A DNA stretch of 64,000 nt from Actinomycetota bacterium (GCA_018334075.1 JAGXSC010000044.1:67591-131590), one strand, 5' to 3'. Counted from the first letter of the stretch, positions 37,901-47,084 are shown. The notes: a model not told the origin generated them from the letters alone. Numbers and translations: made by a program.

Positions 37901-39402
37901 CTTTGGGCTCCTGTCGTAGAGCGATAAACTGTGGCTTCCAAAATATGCTCGGTATCAACGCGCTGTACATTTGCGATGTCAGCGACGGTTCGGCTGACTC
38001 TTAGAATTTTGGTTATGGCTCTCCCTGAGAGGTGCTGCTTTGCAGCGAAATCGAGTAGCCGCCCTTCAGCCGACTCCGTCAAGTCGCACGACCGATGCAG
38101 CTGTTTTCCTGACAGCCGAGAGGCAAGACAACCGTCGCGGCGGAGAGCAACTTCGCGAGCTGACATAACTGCTGTGCGAGCCTGGGCAGTTGACACTCCC
38201 TGAGCCCCAGAAAAGAATCTGGATGGATCCACTCTATCAATCCGTAGATTTAGGTCTATCCTGTCAATCAGCGGCCCGCCGATGCGGTTCATATAGCGAT
38301 CAATTACCTGTGGTGGGCATTTACATGGATGCTGAAAGTCTCCGGCATATCCGCAGGGACACGGGTTTGATGCGGCAACCAAAGTGAATTGCGCTGGATA
38401 AGATATTCTTCCTTCGGCTCGAACTAAAGTGATTACTCCATCTTCCAGCGGTTGCCTTAGTGACTGAAGAGCTGATGGCGCGAAGTGTGTCATCTCATCG
38501 AGAAATAACACCCCGTTATGAGCCAGTGAGATCTCTCCGGGCCTCAGTGGGACGCCTCCTCCAACTAGTCCTGTAAGAGAGCAGGAATGGTGTGGTGCAC
38601 GAAATGGGCGCTTCCCCGCGAGATAGAGCTCTTCGTCAAATCCAGCAACTGAATATAGTAATGCTGTTTCGAGGGACTCGCGTGGCGTCAAATCGGGAAA
38701 CAATCCTGCAAGCCTTTTGGCCAACATCGTTTTTCCTGAACCCGGGGGACCCACAAACATAATGTTGTGATTTCCAGCCGCCGAAACGATGAGTGCCCTG
38801 CGGGCGAGGTCATGCCCTGCTATATCTGCCAGATCCAACGAGCAACTATCGCTTCGTATTGCAGTCCCTTGTTCGTGTATATGCGTGGGTCGCTTCTTTG
38901 GATCAAGTGCCCTGAGCGAGCTGATGGGTATATAGTTGATTCCCGGTAGCGAAGACGCGTATTTCGTGGCTTGGGTAGGACCAATAAATGTTTTCAAGCA
39001 ATCCCTTGCCCCTATTAGGTGTGCCAGGAGCCCGGGGACGCTACGCAACCCTCCATCAAGCGACAGCTCGCCAGCCAAGTGAGCACCATCAATGCTCTGA
39101 GGTGATAACTGGCCGGTAGCAACAAGGATTCCAGCGGCTATCGGAAGATCAAAACCTGTGCCGTGCTTGCGCAAGGGCGATGGCGCCAAGTTCACCACTA
39201 TCCTTGCGTTGGGGAAAGTGTACCCTGAGGCTCGCAGCGCCGAACGTACTCGCTCCCTTGCTTCCTGAACTGCGGTGTCACCTAAACCCACAAGGTGAAA
39301 TGAAGGAAGTCCTGGTCCTACATCAACCTGAACCTCAACCGGGATCGCCTCGGTACCCATTATGGTCGCAGTCGCGACCTTGCACTGTCCGTGGCCACTC
39401 AT
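37897..39402 (-). CDS. comM: YifB/ComM family Mg-chelatase-like AAA+ ATPase
   Basis: 501 aa. N-terminal Lon-protease-like domain, Walker A GPPGSGKT, and a ChlI-type AAA+ core with a C-terminal domain. Confidence 0.9.
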   Translation of the reverse strand: MSGHGQCKVATATIMGTEAIPVEVQVDVGPGLPSFHLVGLGDTAVQEARERVRSALRASGYTFPNARIVVNLAPSPLRKHGTGFDLPIAAGILVATGQLSPQSIDGAHLAGELSLDGGLRSVPGLLAHLIGARDCLKTFIGPTQATKYASSLPGINYIPISSLRALDPKKRPTHIHEQGTAIRSDSCSLDLADIAGHDLARRALIVSAAGNHNIMFVGPPGSGKTMLAKRLAGLFPDLTPRESLETALLYSVAGFDEELYLAGKRPFRAPHHSCSLTGLVGGGVPLRPGEISLAHNGVLFLDEMTHFAPSALQSLRQPLEDGVITLVRAEGRISYPAQFTLVAASNPCPCGYAGDFQHPCKCPPQVIDRYMNRIGGPLIDRIDLNLRIDRVDPSRFFSGAQGVSTAQARTAVMSAREVALRRDGCLASRLSGKQLHRSCDLTESAEGRLLDFAAKQHLSGRAITKILRVSRTVADIANVQRVDTEHILEATVYRSTTGAQS

Positions 39403-39761
39403 TCTACGATGAACGCACTTCGCTGATGTCTCAGTATTGCTCTATCTTCAGCAACTACCTGAATTGCAATGACATCAAATCTGACACTTAGATCACCGGT
39501 CCCCTTAGAAGATAGATATGTTTCAGCAAGCCTCGTAATTCTCCTCTGCTTCCTCCAAGACACCGCTTCTTCCGGCATACCCATTCGACAGCCGCGTCTC
39601 GTCTTCACCTCAACGAGCACCAAAACATCCTCATCCAGGGCTATTATGTCAATCTCCCCGGATTTACATCTCCAGTTTCGACACAAAATGGTAAGGCCGC
39701 TGCGCTCTAAATATGCAGCGGCAGCGTCCTCCCCGCGCTTGCCAATCTCCTTGGTGTGCAT
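39399..39761 (-). CDS. yraN: YraN family (UPF0102) endonuclease-like protein
   Basis: 120 aa with GEIDIIA...VLVLVEVKTR. In the conserved position upstream of comM, with a 4-nt overlap. Confidence 0.85.
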   Translation of the reverse strand: MHTKEIGKRGEDAAAAYLERSGLTILCRNWRCKSGEIDIIALDEDVLVLVEVKTRRGCRMGMPEEAVSWRKQRRITRLAETYLSSKGTGDLSVRFDVIAIQVVAEDRAILRHQRSAFIVE

Positions 39762-39821
39762 TCGACCCCCTTGAATACTGAATACTGCAGTTCAGTTTGA
39801 AGGCTAAGTCGAATCAGAATC

Positions 39822-40472
39822 TTACTGGCATCTATCCAATATATTCAGCTGCCCAGAGCATGGCTTGAAGCTACGTCTATGTAAGGGAGTGAGGCCGTGA
39901 GTAGCAATGGCGCGGAGATGACCTTTGGTCCCGTAACCCTTATTGTTCAGAAAATCATATTCTGGGTATAGATCGTGAGCCCCATCCATAATCGAATCTC
40001 TAGCGACTTTCGCGATAACGGACGCCGCAGCAATGGCGGCAACACGCTTGTCGCCGGAGATAATTCCTTTCTCAAATTGGTGGATGCCCAAAGGGTGCCC
40101 GTCAGTGAGCACATGGTCGCATTCACAGGAAAGTTCACCCAAAGCGAACTGCGCCGCTTTCTTAAGTGCACTACCGAGACCCAGGCTATCGATCTCCATG
40201 ACAGGTATATGAACAATCGCATAGCTTGAGCAGATAGATCTCAGTCTAGATGATATCTCGAGTCGCTTGGCCGGTCGCAGTAATTTGGAGTCATTCAGTC
40301 CAGGGATATCAGATTCAGGCCCCAGGACAATTGCGCAGACTGTTAATGGACCGGCAAGTGCGCCCCGTCCAACCTCATCAATGCCAGCGATATGAATCGC
40401 CCCAGTTTTCCGTAGCTCGTTCTCAAACTCGAACAGATCAACATTGGTTGAAAAGTCCGAGTTGCGAGTCAC
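39822..40472 (-). CDS. rnhB: Ribonuclease HII
   Basis: 216 aa with the GIDEVGRGALAGP and NDSKLL motifs. Confidence 0.92.
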   Translation of the reverse strand: MTRNSDFSTNVDLFEFENELRKTGAIHIAGIDEVGRGALAGPLTVCAIVLGPESDIPGLNDSKLLRPAKRLEISSRLRSICSSYAIVHIPVMEIDSLGLGSALKKAAQFALGELSCECDHVLTDGHPLGIHQFEKGIISGDKRVAAIAAASVIAKVARDSIMDGAHDLYPEYDFLNNKGYGTKGHLRAIATHGLTPLHRRSFKPCSGQLNILDRCQ

Positions 40473-40475
40473 AGG

Positions 40476-40820
40476 CTAGTACGAGCGCTCCTTGAGCCTC
40501 GCCGCCTTACCGATTTTGTCGCGGAGGAAGTAAAGCTTGGAGCGTCTGATCTTTGCACGACCCACTACTTCGATCTTTTGAATCTTTGGCGAGTGTACGG
40601 GAAACTTTCTTTCGACCCCAGTACCGAACGATATCTTCCTGACCGCAAATGTTTCACGATTTCCAGATCCATGGCGGCTGATTACAACCCCTTGAAAGAC
40701 CTGTATGCGCTCACGAGTGCCTTCAACGACACGGTAGTGAACCTTGATGGTATCACCGACCTGAAAGACCGGAAGGTCATCACGAATCTGCTGCTGTTCA
40801 AGTGCGCGAATAATGTCCAA
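40476..40820 (-). CDS. rplS: 50S ribosomal protein L19
   Basis: 114 aa. [32 protein letters not shown] start (verified) with SD AAGGAAG 5 nt upstream. Confidence 0.95.
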   Translation of the reverse strand: MDIIRALEQQQIRDDLPVFQVGDTIKVHYRVVEGTRERIQVFQGVVISRHGSGNRETFAVRKISFGTGVERKFPVHSPKIQKIEVVGRAKIRRSKLYFLRDKIGKAARLKERSY

Positions 40821-40942
40821 TTGAGCTTCCTTTGATCAAGATAACTGTTTAGTCTTTGAGAATTATGGGTCAAGACACAAACATGCATGCTACCCCACAT
40901 ATAAGCGATTACGCAAGACCATCGGCAACAATTTTGAATCGA

Positions 40943-41380
40943 CTATCGAATAAAGCAAGAAGTTGAATAGCTACCCTTATCGCAGTATGGCATATGGACC
41001 CGGATGTATTTCGAATTCTGAATTTCCGTTAGAAGTGTCGCCGGCAGATTTGTGCAACGCACGATATCTTCAATGGTGGCAGGACCGGGATCTTTTCTCC
41101 TGCTCATGGCGCCAAAAACCTTAAAATTATATAGGCTCCAGAGGTACGAAATCGCCAGCCAGCAAGCTGCCATAAATACTGTTAGCACTGCGATTCTAAT
41201 AAAGTCCGTAAAATCGCCAAAAATAATCAATTGGTTGAGCAGCAGGGATGAGCCAAAAATCCAGGCAGCTATCGAGACTATGAGCTGGACTGACCAAAAT
41301 AATATGTAGGTCCATCCCGCAGCTGTGATTGCCCCTTCGAGGGCCGTGACCCTAAATTTTTGTTTGCGCTTGATTATCAT
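40943..41380 (-). CDS. pgaD: PgaD-like small membrane subunit of poly-beta-1,6-N-acetylglucosamine synthase
   Basis: 145 aa from ATG 41380 (ATGA overlap with the pgaC stop, verified). It has two TM helices. The post-TM2 WSLYNFKVF and C-terminal LPATLLTEIQNSKYIRVHM parallel E. coli PgaD WALYNKLRF and IPDELYQQLQKSHRMSVHF, as I recall them. Confidence 0.65.
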   Translation of the reverse strand: MIIKRKQKFRVTALEGAITAAGWTYILFWSVQLIVSIAAWIFGSSLLLNQLIIFGDFTDFIRIAVLTVFMAACWLAISYLWSLYNFKVFGAMSRRKDPGPATIEDIVRCTNLPATLLTEIQNSKYIRVHMPYCDKGSYSTSCFIR

Positions 41381-42609
41381 AAGGTGATACCTCTGTCTGG
41401 ACTTTCCCATGTAGCGTAAGCTTTTTTTCGGCCTAAAAGAACTTTTGGAATCGCTCTAAGAATTACTGCAGCATTAAAGTACCAGTACAAGAAGGGGTAC
41501 CAGATAGCCCAAACATAATACCTCATCAGATTATGTTCATATCTTCTCTCGATGAGCAACGCAGCAAAGAACTGAATCATGCAAACAAGCGCCAGGTATG
41601 CTCCAGCCCAAAATACAGGGATGACAATGGTTGAACCGGAAAGTGCATACATAAAGAACAGCACAATTGTAATAAGCCAGCATATCGCCCAAATTACGCT
41701 CACAGCCTGTTCTATGTAAACTGGAATAAGCCTTTTTTGTTTGAAGTCAAAAAGGACATCACGGTGTCTTACAAGCACTTCAAGTCCTCCTTGAGCCCAG
41801 CGTACTCGTTGGCGCCATAGACCCCTGATAGTTTCAGGTACCAACATCCAGCAGATAGCGCGAGGTTCATATCTTACATCCCAAGACCTTCGCTGTAGTT
41901 TCCAGGTCACCGCGATATCTTCCGTGATCATGTCTAGGTCCCACATACCACAATCAAGCAGTGCTTTTTTCCGGAAAGCGGCAATAACACCCGAAACAGT
42001 AGTAATCTTCCCCAATATTCTTTGAGTGCGCTTAATGAGGCCAACTATACTTGCATACTCGCAAAGCTGGACTCGGGCCAGAAGCGAGCTCCTGTTTCTC
42101 ACTCGCGGGTTGCCCGTGACGGCACCCACTCTTGCCCCGGTGCCCGGAGTAGTGAAGTGTGGAACGATATACCGTAGGGCATCTTTGTCCAATAGCGCGT
42201 CGGCGTCTACCGTGACCAAAATTTCACCTTTTGCCACTACCAAGCCAACTGATAAAGCGTTTGCCTTTCCAGCATTTTGCTCTAAATCAATGATCCTGAG
42301 TCTCGGATTACTATCCTTTAATCTGGAGAGTAGTTCCAAAATATTATCAGTGCTACCGTCACTGATAACAATGATCTCGTAATCGGGGTAGTTGAGATCG
42401 CCATGCCAGGTAACGGTCTCTTCGATAACATCAGCTTCGTTATAGCAGGGAATCAATATCGAGACCAATGGCGTTTGGGTTAGAGGCAGTGGTTCCATGC
42501 GTTCGCGTCTGAAGTAAAACAACGCCCCGCCCATGAGCCACACAACACTCATAACCAAAGGGTACCAAAATACAAATGCAGCTAAGTATTGAAGTGCGAC
42601 TGGCAACAT
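41377..42609 (-). CDS. pgaC: Poly-beta-1,6-N-acetyl-D-glucosamine synthase, GT2 family (PgaC/IcaA-type)
   Basis: 410 aa with ILIPCYNE, DGSTD, VDADA, GNPRVRN, VSGVIAAFR, ITEDI and RQRVRWAQGG (QxxRW) motifs. TM helices flank the GT2 domain. Colinear with E. coli PgaC. Confidence 0.88.
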   Translation of the reverse strand: MLPVALQYLAAFVFWYPLVMSVVWLMGGALFYFRRERMEPLPLTQTPLVSILIPCYNEADVIEETVTWHGDLNYPDYEIIVISDGSTDNILELLSRLKDSNPRLRIIDLEQNAGKANALSVGLVVAKGEILVTVDADALLDKDALRYIVPHFTTPGTGARVGAVTGNPRVRNRSSLLARVQLCEYASIVGLIKRTQRILGKITTVSGVIAAFRKKALLDCGMWDLDMITEDIAVTWKLQRRSWDVRYEPRAICWMLVPETIRGLWRQRVRWAQGGLEVLVRHRDVLFDFKQKRLIPVYIEQAVSVIWAICWLITIVLFFMYALSGSTIVIPVFWAGAYLALVCMIQFFAALLIERRYEHNLMRYYVWAIWYPFLYWYFNAAVILRAIPKVLLGRKKAYATWESPDRGITL

Positions 42610-42679
42610 GTCCCCCCGTGGGAAGTTAGACGATATAAGTACTTAGCAAAAGTACAAAAATCTTACAATCAAAGGCATA

Positions 42680-43294
42680 TCACAACTCACCCCATCGAGC
42701 AATTGGCCAATATATGGCGAAGGCACGAGCCTTGATACTCTCAATCGGCTGTGCTCCGAATACACGACTATCGGAGCTGTTCGGCCGGTTATCCCCCATC
42801 AACCATACATGGCCTTCAGGAATTGTTGCCGGTAGCTCGGCGGATGCCGCCTGGGTTACCGAGGACGCAGTGTAGGATTCAGGCAGTGGCTCATTGTCAA
42901 TGTATACCTTGCCGTCTCGAATATCGATAGTCTGACCCTCGACAGCAACTATTCGCTTGATCAGCTGAGGGTATACGCCGCCGGGGTCATCAAATACGAC
43001 AATATCACCAGCGACGGGTTGCGAAAATCGATAGGAGATTTTCTCGGCCAATACGCGATCGCCGACCATGATCGTCGGTTCCATCGAGCCTGTGGGGATG
43101 ATGAAGGGCTGAAGGATAAAGGCTTTGATGCCTTGAGCCAACAGAAAAGCAAGGGCGATCATGAACACGGTCTCTAGCAGCCATCGCCCTATACCTGGTG
43201 AATTGCGGCGATGTTTCGCTTGTGGAACTGAATCCCCGGGGTTGCCTGTATCTTGCGAAGCGATATGGTTAGAGGTTTTGATCTCGGAGGTCAT
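42680..43294 (-). CDS. lepB: Signal peptidase I (S26), copy 1
   Basis: 204 aa. N-terminal membrane anchor, catalytic Ser box IPTGSMEPT, and GDNRPNSSDSR. ATGA overlap with the trmD stop. Confidence 0.9.
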   Translation of the reverse strand: MTSEIKTSNHIASQDTGNPGDSVPQAKHRRNSPGIGRWLLETVFMIALAFLLAQGIKAFILQPFIIPTGSMEPTIMVGDRVLAEKISYRFSQPVAGDIVVFDDPGGVYPQLIKRIVAVEGQTIDIRDGKVYIDNEPLPESYTASSVTQAASAELPATIPEGHVWLMGDNRPNSSDSRVFGAQPIESIKARAFAIYWPIARWGEL

Positions 43295-44034
43295 CGATCG
43301 GTCCTGCTCCTTTCGAGCTCATCATCTGCGATAGCGCGCTCACTTTGAGATAGTTCGACCAAGTCTAGCAGGTCGGGCCGAAAACGTGATGTAATTCGCA
43401 GCGCCTGTTCTCGGCGCCAAGCCTCAATCTGAGCGTGATTGCCGCTCCTCAGCACGGCTGGGACATCCATGTTTTCGAATACTGGTGGACGAGTGTATTG
43501 TGGGTACTCGAGCAGCCCTTCGACGAAGGACTCTTCTTCGGTTGACCTGTGATCACCAAGCGCCCCAGGCAGAAGTCTGGTAATGGCATCAATGACAAGC
43601 ATTGCCGGAATCTCTCCCCCGCTGACAACGTAGTCTCCTACAGAAATAATTTCGTCAGCCAGGGTATAAACTCTTTCATCAAAGCCCTCGTAACGGCCGC
43701 AGACAATGAGAATTCGCTCAAGCTCACTCAGTCTTTTGGCAACCGGCTGCTTGAAAGTTCTACCCCTAGGCGACAGGAAAATTACATGTGGCCGAGGAGT
43801 TTCGATCGCCGATATTTCCCTAACTGCATCGAAGATGGGACCTGGCAGCATAACCATGCCGGGGCCGCCGCCGTAAGGGTAGTCGTCTACGGTTCTATGA
43901 GTGCCCTGGGACCAGTCGCGCAGGTCGTGAAGGTGGATGTTCAGGATAGACTTCTCACGCGCAATGCGCAGGATCGAAGTCGCAAGTGGCGCCTCGAAAA
44001 CCTCGGGAAAGATCGTCAGTACATCAATTCTCAT
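43291..44034 (-). CDS. trmD: tRNA (guanine37-N1)-methyltransferase
   Basis: MRIDVLTIFPEVF start and SPOUT/TrmD core (CGRYEGFDERV, GGEIPAM). Start set at ATG 44034. GTG 44049, the track start, is possible. Confidence 0.92.
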   Translation of the reverse strand: MRIDVLTIFPEVFEAPLATSILRIAREKSILNIHLHDLRDWSQGTHRTVDDYPYGGGPGMVMLPGPIFDAVREISAIETPRPHVIFLSPRGRTFKQPVAKRLSELERILIVCGRYEGFDERVYTLADEIISVGDYVVSGGEIPAMLVIDAITRLLPGALGDHRSTEEESFVEGLLEYPQYTRPPVFENMDVPAVLRSGNHAQIEAWRREQALRITSRFRPDLLDLVELSQSERAIADDELERSRTDR

Positions 44035-44578
44035 CGATAAGGTCTTCACTGATAAGTCCGTCGAGTAGACGAACGTTTACGGTGCCGGAATCCGGATCCG
44101 TGCTACGGACAACATAATCGATAACAGGAATCAGGACTTGATTCCATCTTCCCCCTTCAACGACCCAAACATCGTTGGCCCCAGTATGGATGACCTCATT
44201 GATAACGCCGAGCTCGCCGAGTTTCTCATCCATGACCTTGTATCCAATCGGGTTTAGTGCGGCGTCATCATCCGATACATCAAGAAGGTCACTCGCCGCG
44301 GCGATCAGGCGCGCACCTTTGAGAGCCGATGAATGGTTCCGGCACTCTATCAAGGAAAGTTTGATCAAAAGCCCTTTGGGCCCCGGCCTTACCGACTCGA
44401 TAGTCAACGGTCCGAAATCTTCACCCGGCGGAACGACCCATACAGTCATCCCGCATCGAAGCTCTGCTGAGTGGCTGGTGGGAAAAACAATAACTTCACC
44501 TGTGCCGCCATGAGCCCCTAGAATTGTGCCGATAGTGGCATAAGGAAAACGCGACACGATCTCATCCGACAACGTCAA
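44024..44578 (-). CDS. rimM: 16S rRNA processing protein RimM
   Basis: 184 aa. RimM N-terminal beta-barrel (IGTILGAHGGTGEVIV) plus a PRC-barrel C-domain. In the conserved KH-rimM-trmD order. Confidence 0.88.
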   Translation of the reverse strand: MTLSDEIVSRFPYATIGTILGAHGGTGEVIVFPTSHSAELRCGMTVWVVPPGEDFGPLTIESVRPGPKGLLIKLSLIECRNHSSALKGARLIAAASDLLDVSDDDAALNPIGYKVMDEKLGELGVINEVIHTGANDVWVVEGGRWNQVLIPVIDYVVRSTDPDSGTVNVRLLDGLISEDLIDEN

Positions 44579-44828
44579 CTTCTACCAAATCACCACTGCA
44601 GCTCGCAGCAGCCCGCGCAAGTGTGCGTATCGCTTTGATAATACGGCCCTGTCGGCCAATAACCTTGCCGACATCGGCCGGATCGACAGATATCTCGAAA
44701 CGAACCACATCACCAGAGGTGGCACGAGTGATCGATACCGAGTCTGGGGAATCAACCAACGAAGTGACCAGAAACCTGACCAGCCCTTCGATGTCTGTCT
44801 TATCCGTAGTATCCAATGCGTCGTCCAT
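44562..44828 (-). CDS. KH-domain RNA-binding protein (UPF0109 / KhpA-like)
   Basis: 88 aa from ATG 44828, with the GxxG KH motif GKVIGRQGRIIKAIRT. In the conserved slot between rpsP and rimM. Confidence 0.8.
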   Translation of the reverse strand: MDDALDTTDKTDIEGLVRFLVTSLVDSPDSVSITRATSGDVVRFEISVDPADVGKVIGRQGRIIKAIRTLARAAASCSGDLVEVDVVG

Positions 44829-44832
44829 CAAT

Positions 44833-45108
44833 TTATTCGCTGGAAACGGGGTCAGATGTCGACGAAGCGGCATCCTTTGCTATCTGATAAAGCTTGGCGG
44901 TTGTCTCTGTCATCTCGGCGCCATTCGATATCCACTGCTCAACCTTCTCAAGATTTAGCTCAATTGTGGAAGGCTGGGTCCGTGGATTGTAACGTCCAAG
45001 AATCTCTATGAAGCGACCATCGCGTGGAGAACGCGAATCAGCAACAACTACTCGGTAAAAAGGGGCCTTTTTTGCGCCAGCGCGCGCAAGGCGAATCCTG
45101 ACTGACAA
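44833..45108 (-). CDS. rpsP: 30S ribosomal protein S16
   Basis: 91 aa. [36 protein letters not shown] start (verified) preceded by GGAGGTGA. Confidence 0.93.
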   Translation of the reverse strand: MSVRIRLARAGAKKAPFYRVVVADSRSPRDGRFIEILGRYNPRTQPSTIELNLEKVEQWISNGAEMTETTAKLYQIAKDAASSTSDPVSSE

Positions 45109-45166
45109 ACCTTCACCTCCGGTCGGGGTGGCTATCCTTAGCCACTATGCAAGCAAAACGGGATAC

Positions 45167-45195
45167 ATAATACGACATCCTAGGCACACGGTCAA
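45167..45195 (-). promoter_or_regulatory. Sigma-70-type promoter for the rpsP-rimM-trmD operon
   Basis: On the minus strand: -35 TTGACC (45195-45190, overlapping the ffh TGA), an exact 17-nt spacer, and -10 TATTAT (45172-45167). A 7-bp hairpin GTGGCTA-AGGA-TAGCCAC (45128-45145) follows in the 5' UTR. Confidence 0.45.
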
Positions 45196-46511
45196 AACTT
45201 GAACTTACCAAGACCCCCCTTTTTGCCCTTGCCCATTCCCTTGACGAGCTTTTGTGTCTGCGCAAACTGCTTTAGCAGCTTATTGACATCGGAGACGGCA
45301 GCCCCTGACCCTGCCGCGATACGCGCACGCCTCGAGCCTTTTATGATCTGCGGCTTGAGTCGCTCCTCGGCGGTCATAGATTGAATTATCGCGGCAATGC
45401 GATCAAGCTGTTTTTCATCCATGTCAGGAATGGATTCCTTGATCTTTCCGGAGCCGGGCAAGAGCTTTAGCAATGAGGCGATACCGCCCATCTTCTTGAT
45501 CTGCCTAAGTTGTTCCAGGAAATCCTCGAGCGTGAATTGACCGGCTTTCAGGCGCTGCTCTAGGTCATGAGTGTCTTGTGTGTCAGCTGTTTGTTGCGCC
45601 TTCTCGATAAGCGAGAGAATGTCACCCATGCCGAGTATTCGCTTGGCCATGCGGTCAGGGTAGAAAACCTCAAAGGCATCGAGTTTCTCGCCTGTGCCCG
45701 CAAACATTACGGGGCGTCCCGTTACAGCCTTTACCGACAGCGCCGCGCCTCCTCGGGCATCGCCATCAAGTTTGGAGATGATGACGCCATCGAAGTCCAC
45801 ACGCTCGGCAAATGCGCGCGCTGCGTTTACCGCGTCTTGACCTGTCATGGAGTCGACAACCATAAGCACCTGGTCGGGGCGAGTGGTCGACTTGATCCTG
45901 GCTGCCTCCGACATCATCTCTTCATCGATATGAAGTCGGCCTGCGGTATCTATGATCACCAAATCGCGCATGGTCGCTATCGCTTGTTTCACGCCATCAG
46001 CGGCAATTTTAGCGGCGTCACTTCCCTCTCCGCGATACACGGGGATCGAAAGTTCACGACCCAAGGCTTCGAGCTGATCGATAGCGGCAGGACGATATAT
46101 GTCACAAGCGACAAGAAGAGGATGCCGTCCTTGTTTGCGTAGATGATTTGCCAACTTTGCGCTGGCAGTGGTTTTACCTGAACCTTGAAGTCCGACTAAC
46201 ATGATGATGTTGGGAACTCTGCTTGGGAGAACAAGTCGGGATTCGGTTGACCCAAGTAGCGAAGTCAGCTCTTCGAGAACGATCTTAATGACGCTCTGCC
46301 CGGGGGTGAGGCTCTTTGCGACCTCCTGGCCGACGGCTCGGGGTCGAATCGAAGCGACAAGTTCTTTGACCACTGCAAAGTTCACATCGGCCTCAAGCAG
46401 TGCCAGGCGGATCTCACGCAGCGCCGCCTCGACATCCGCCTCGGAAAGCCGCCCTTTTCCCGTGAGACCCTTAAATATCGCTTGAAGGCGTGTTGTCAGG
46501 TTGTCAAACAT
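45192..46511 (-). CDS. ffh: Signal recognition particle protein Ffh
   Basis: 439 aa. N domain, G domain (GLQGSGKTT, DTAGRLH) and a Met-rich M domain. Confidence 0.96.
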   Translation of the reverse strand: MFDNLTTRLQAIFKGLTGKGRLSEADVEAALREIRLALLEADVNFAVVKELVASIRPRAVGQEVAKSLTPGQSVIKIVLEELTSLLGSTESRLVLPSRVPNIIMLVGLQGSGKTTASAKLANHLRKQGRHPLLVACDIYRPAAIDQLEALGRELSIPVYRGEGSDAAKIAADGVKQAIATMRDLVIIDTAGRLHIDEEMMSEAARIKSTTRPDQVLMVVDSMTGQDAVNAARAFAERVDFDGVIISKLDGDARGGAALSVKAVTGRPVMFAGTGEKLDAFEVFYPDRMAKRILGMGDILSLIEKAQQTADTQDTHDLEQRLKAGQFTLEDFLEQLRQIKKMGGIASLLKLLPGSGKIKESIPDMDEKQLDRIAAIIQSMTAEERLKPQIIKGSRRARIAAGSGAAVSDVNKLLKQFAQTQKLVKGMGKGKKGGLGKFKF

Positions 46512-46529
46512 CTTTTGTTCTTCTGCCTT

Positions 46530-47084
46530 TCAGTTCATGATCGTTATGCGATTGAGTGGTGCGACAATCGCTACTACTTCTCCGGCGACGCGCTCCAGCG
46601 AAACGGGGCCAAATACTCGGCTATCCAAAGATACAGGCCGATTGTCGCCGAGCACAAACACTTCATTTTCACCTAAAGAGGTCAAAGGATACGATATATC
46701 TCCCGGCGAAAGGACTTTAGGGTAAGTGTCCGGCTCAGGTCTTCCGTTGACGAAGGCGAGCCCTGATTTGACCTCTACTTCATCGCCGGGCAAGGCAATG
46801 ACTCTTTTGATCAGACTGGGCAAGGCAACAGAGTTGTCATCGTGTTTGCGAGTCAACAATATTATGTCTCCACGCCCAGGCTCTCGGTAATCGCGGGTAA
46901 TAAGGGCGACGTCATCGATTTCTATTGTTGGGTACATTGAAGGTCCATCGACCCGCAGCACCTGATGGGTGACATTGAGTACGATCACGACAAGAATAAA
47001 CAGAGCAAGCAGCACCCACAAGGACAGTGCGACAGCGACCTGGCGAGCCCGGGAGTACCCAGGGTTATTGCCTGGCGCGGTCAT
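46530..47084 (-). CDS. Signal peptidase I (S26), copy 2
   Basis: 184 aa. TM anchor, VDGPSMYPT Ser box and GDNRPVSLDSR. It lies between ftsY and ffh, with a 4-nt overlap with the ftsY stop. Confidence 0.85.
   Translation of the reverse strand: MTAPGNNPGYSRARQVAVALSLWVLLALFILVVIVLNVTHQVLRVDGPSMYPTIEIDDVALITRDYREPGRGDIILLTRKHDDNSVALPSLIKRVIALPGDEVEVKSGLAFVNGRPEPDTYPKVLSPGDISYPLTSLGENEVFVLGDNRPVSLDSRVFGPVSLERVAGEVVAIVAPLNRITIMN

Noticed and set aside
37046-39761. yraN-comM-dprA cluster as a possible mobile or defence module (nuclease-like + AAA+ ATPase + DNA-binding protein)
   Set aside because: This trio is a conserved housekeeping and competence-related block in Gram-positive bacteria, in the same order as in mycobacteria and Bacillus. 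Nothing about it is atypical here.
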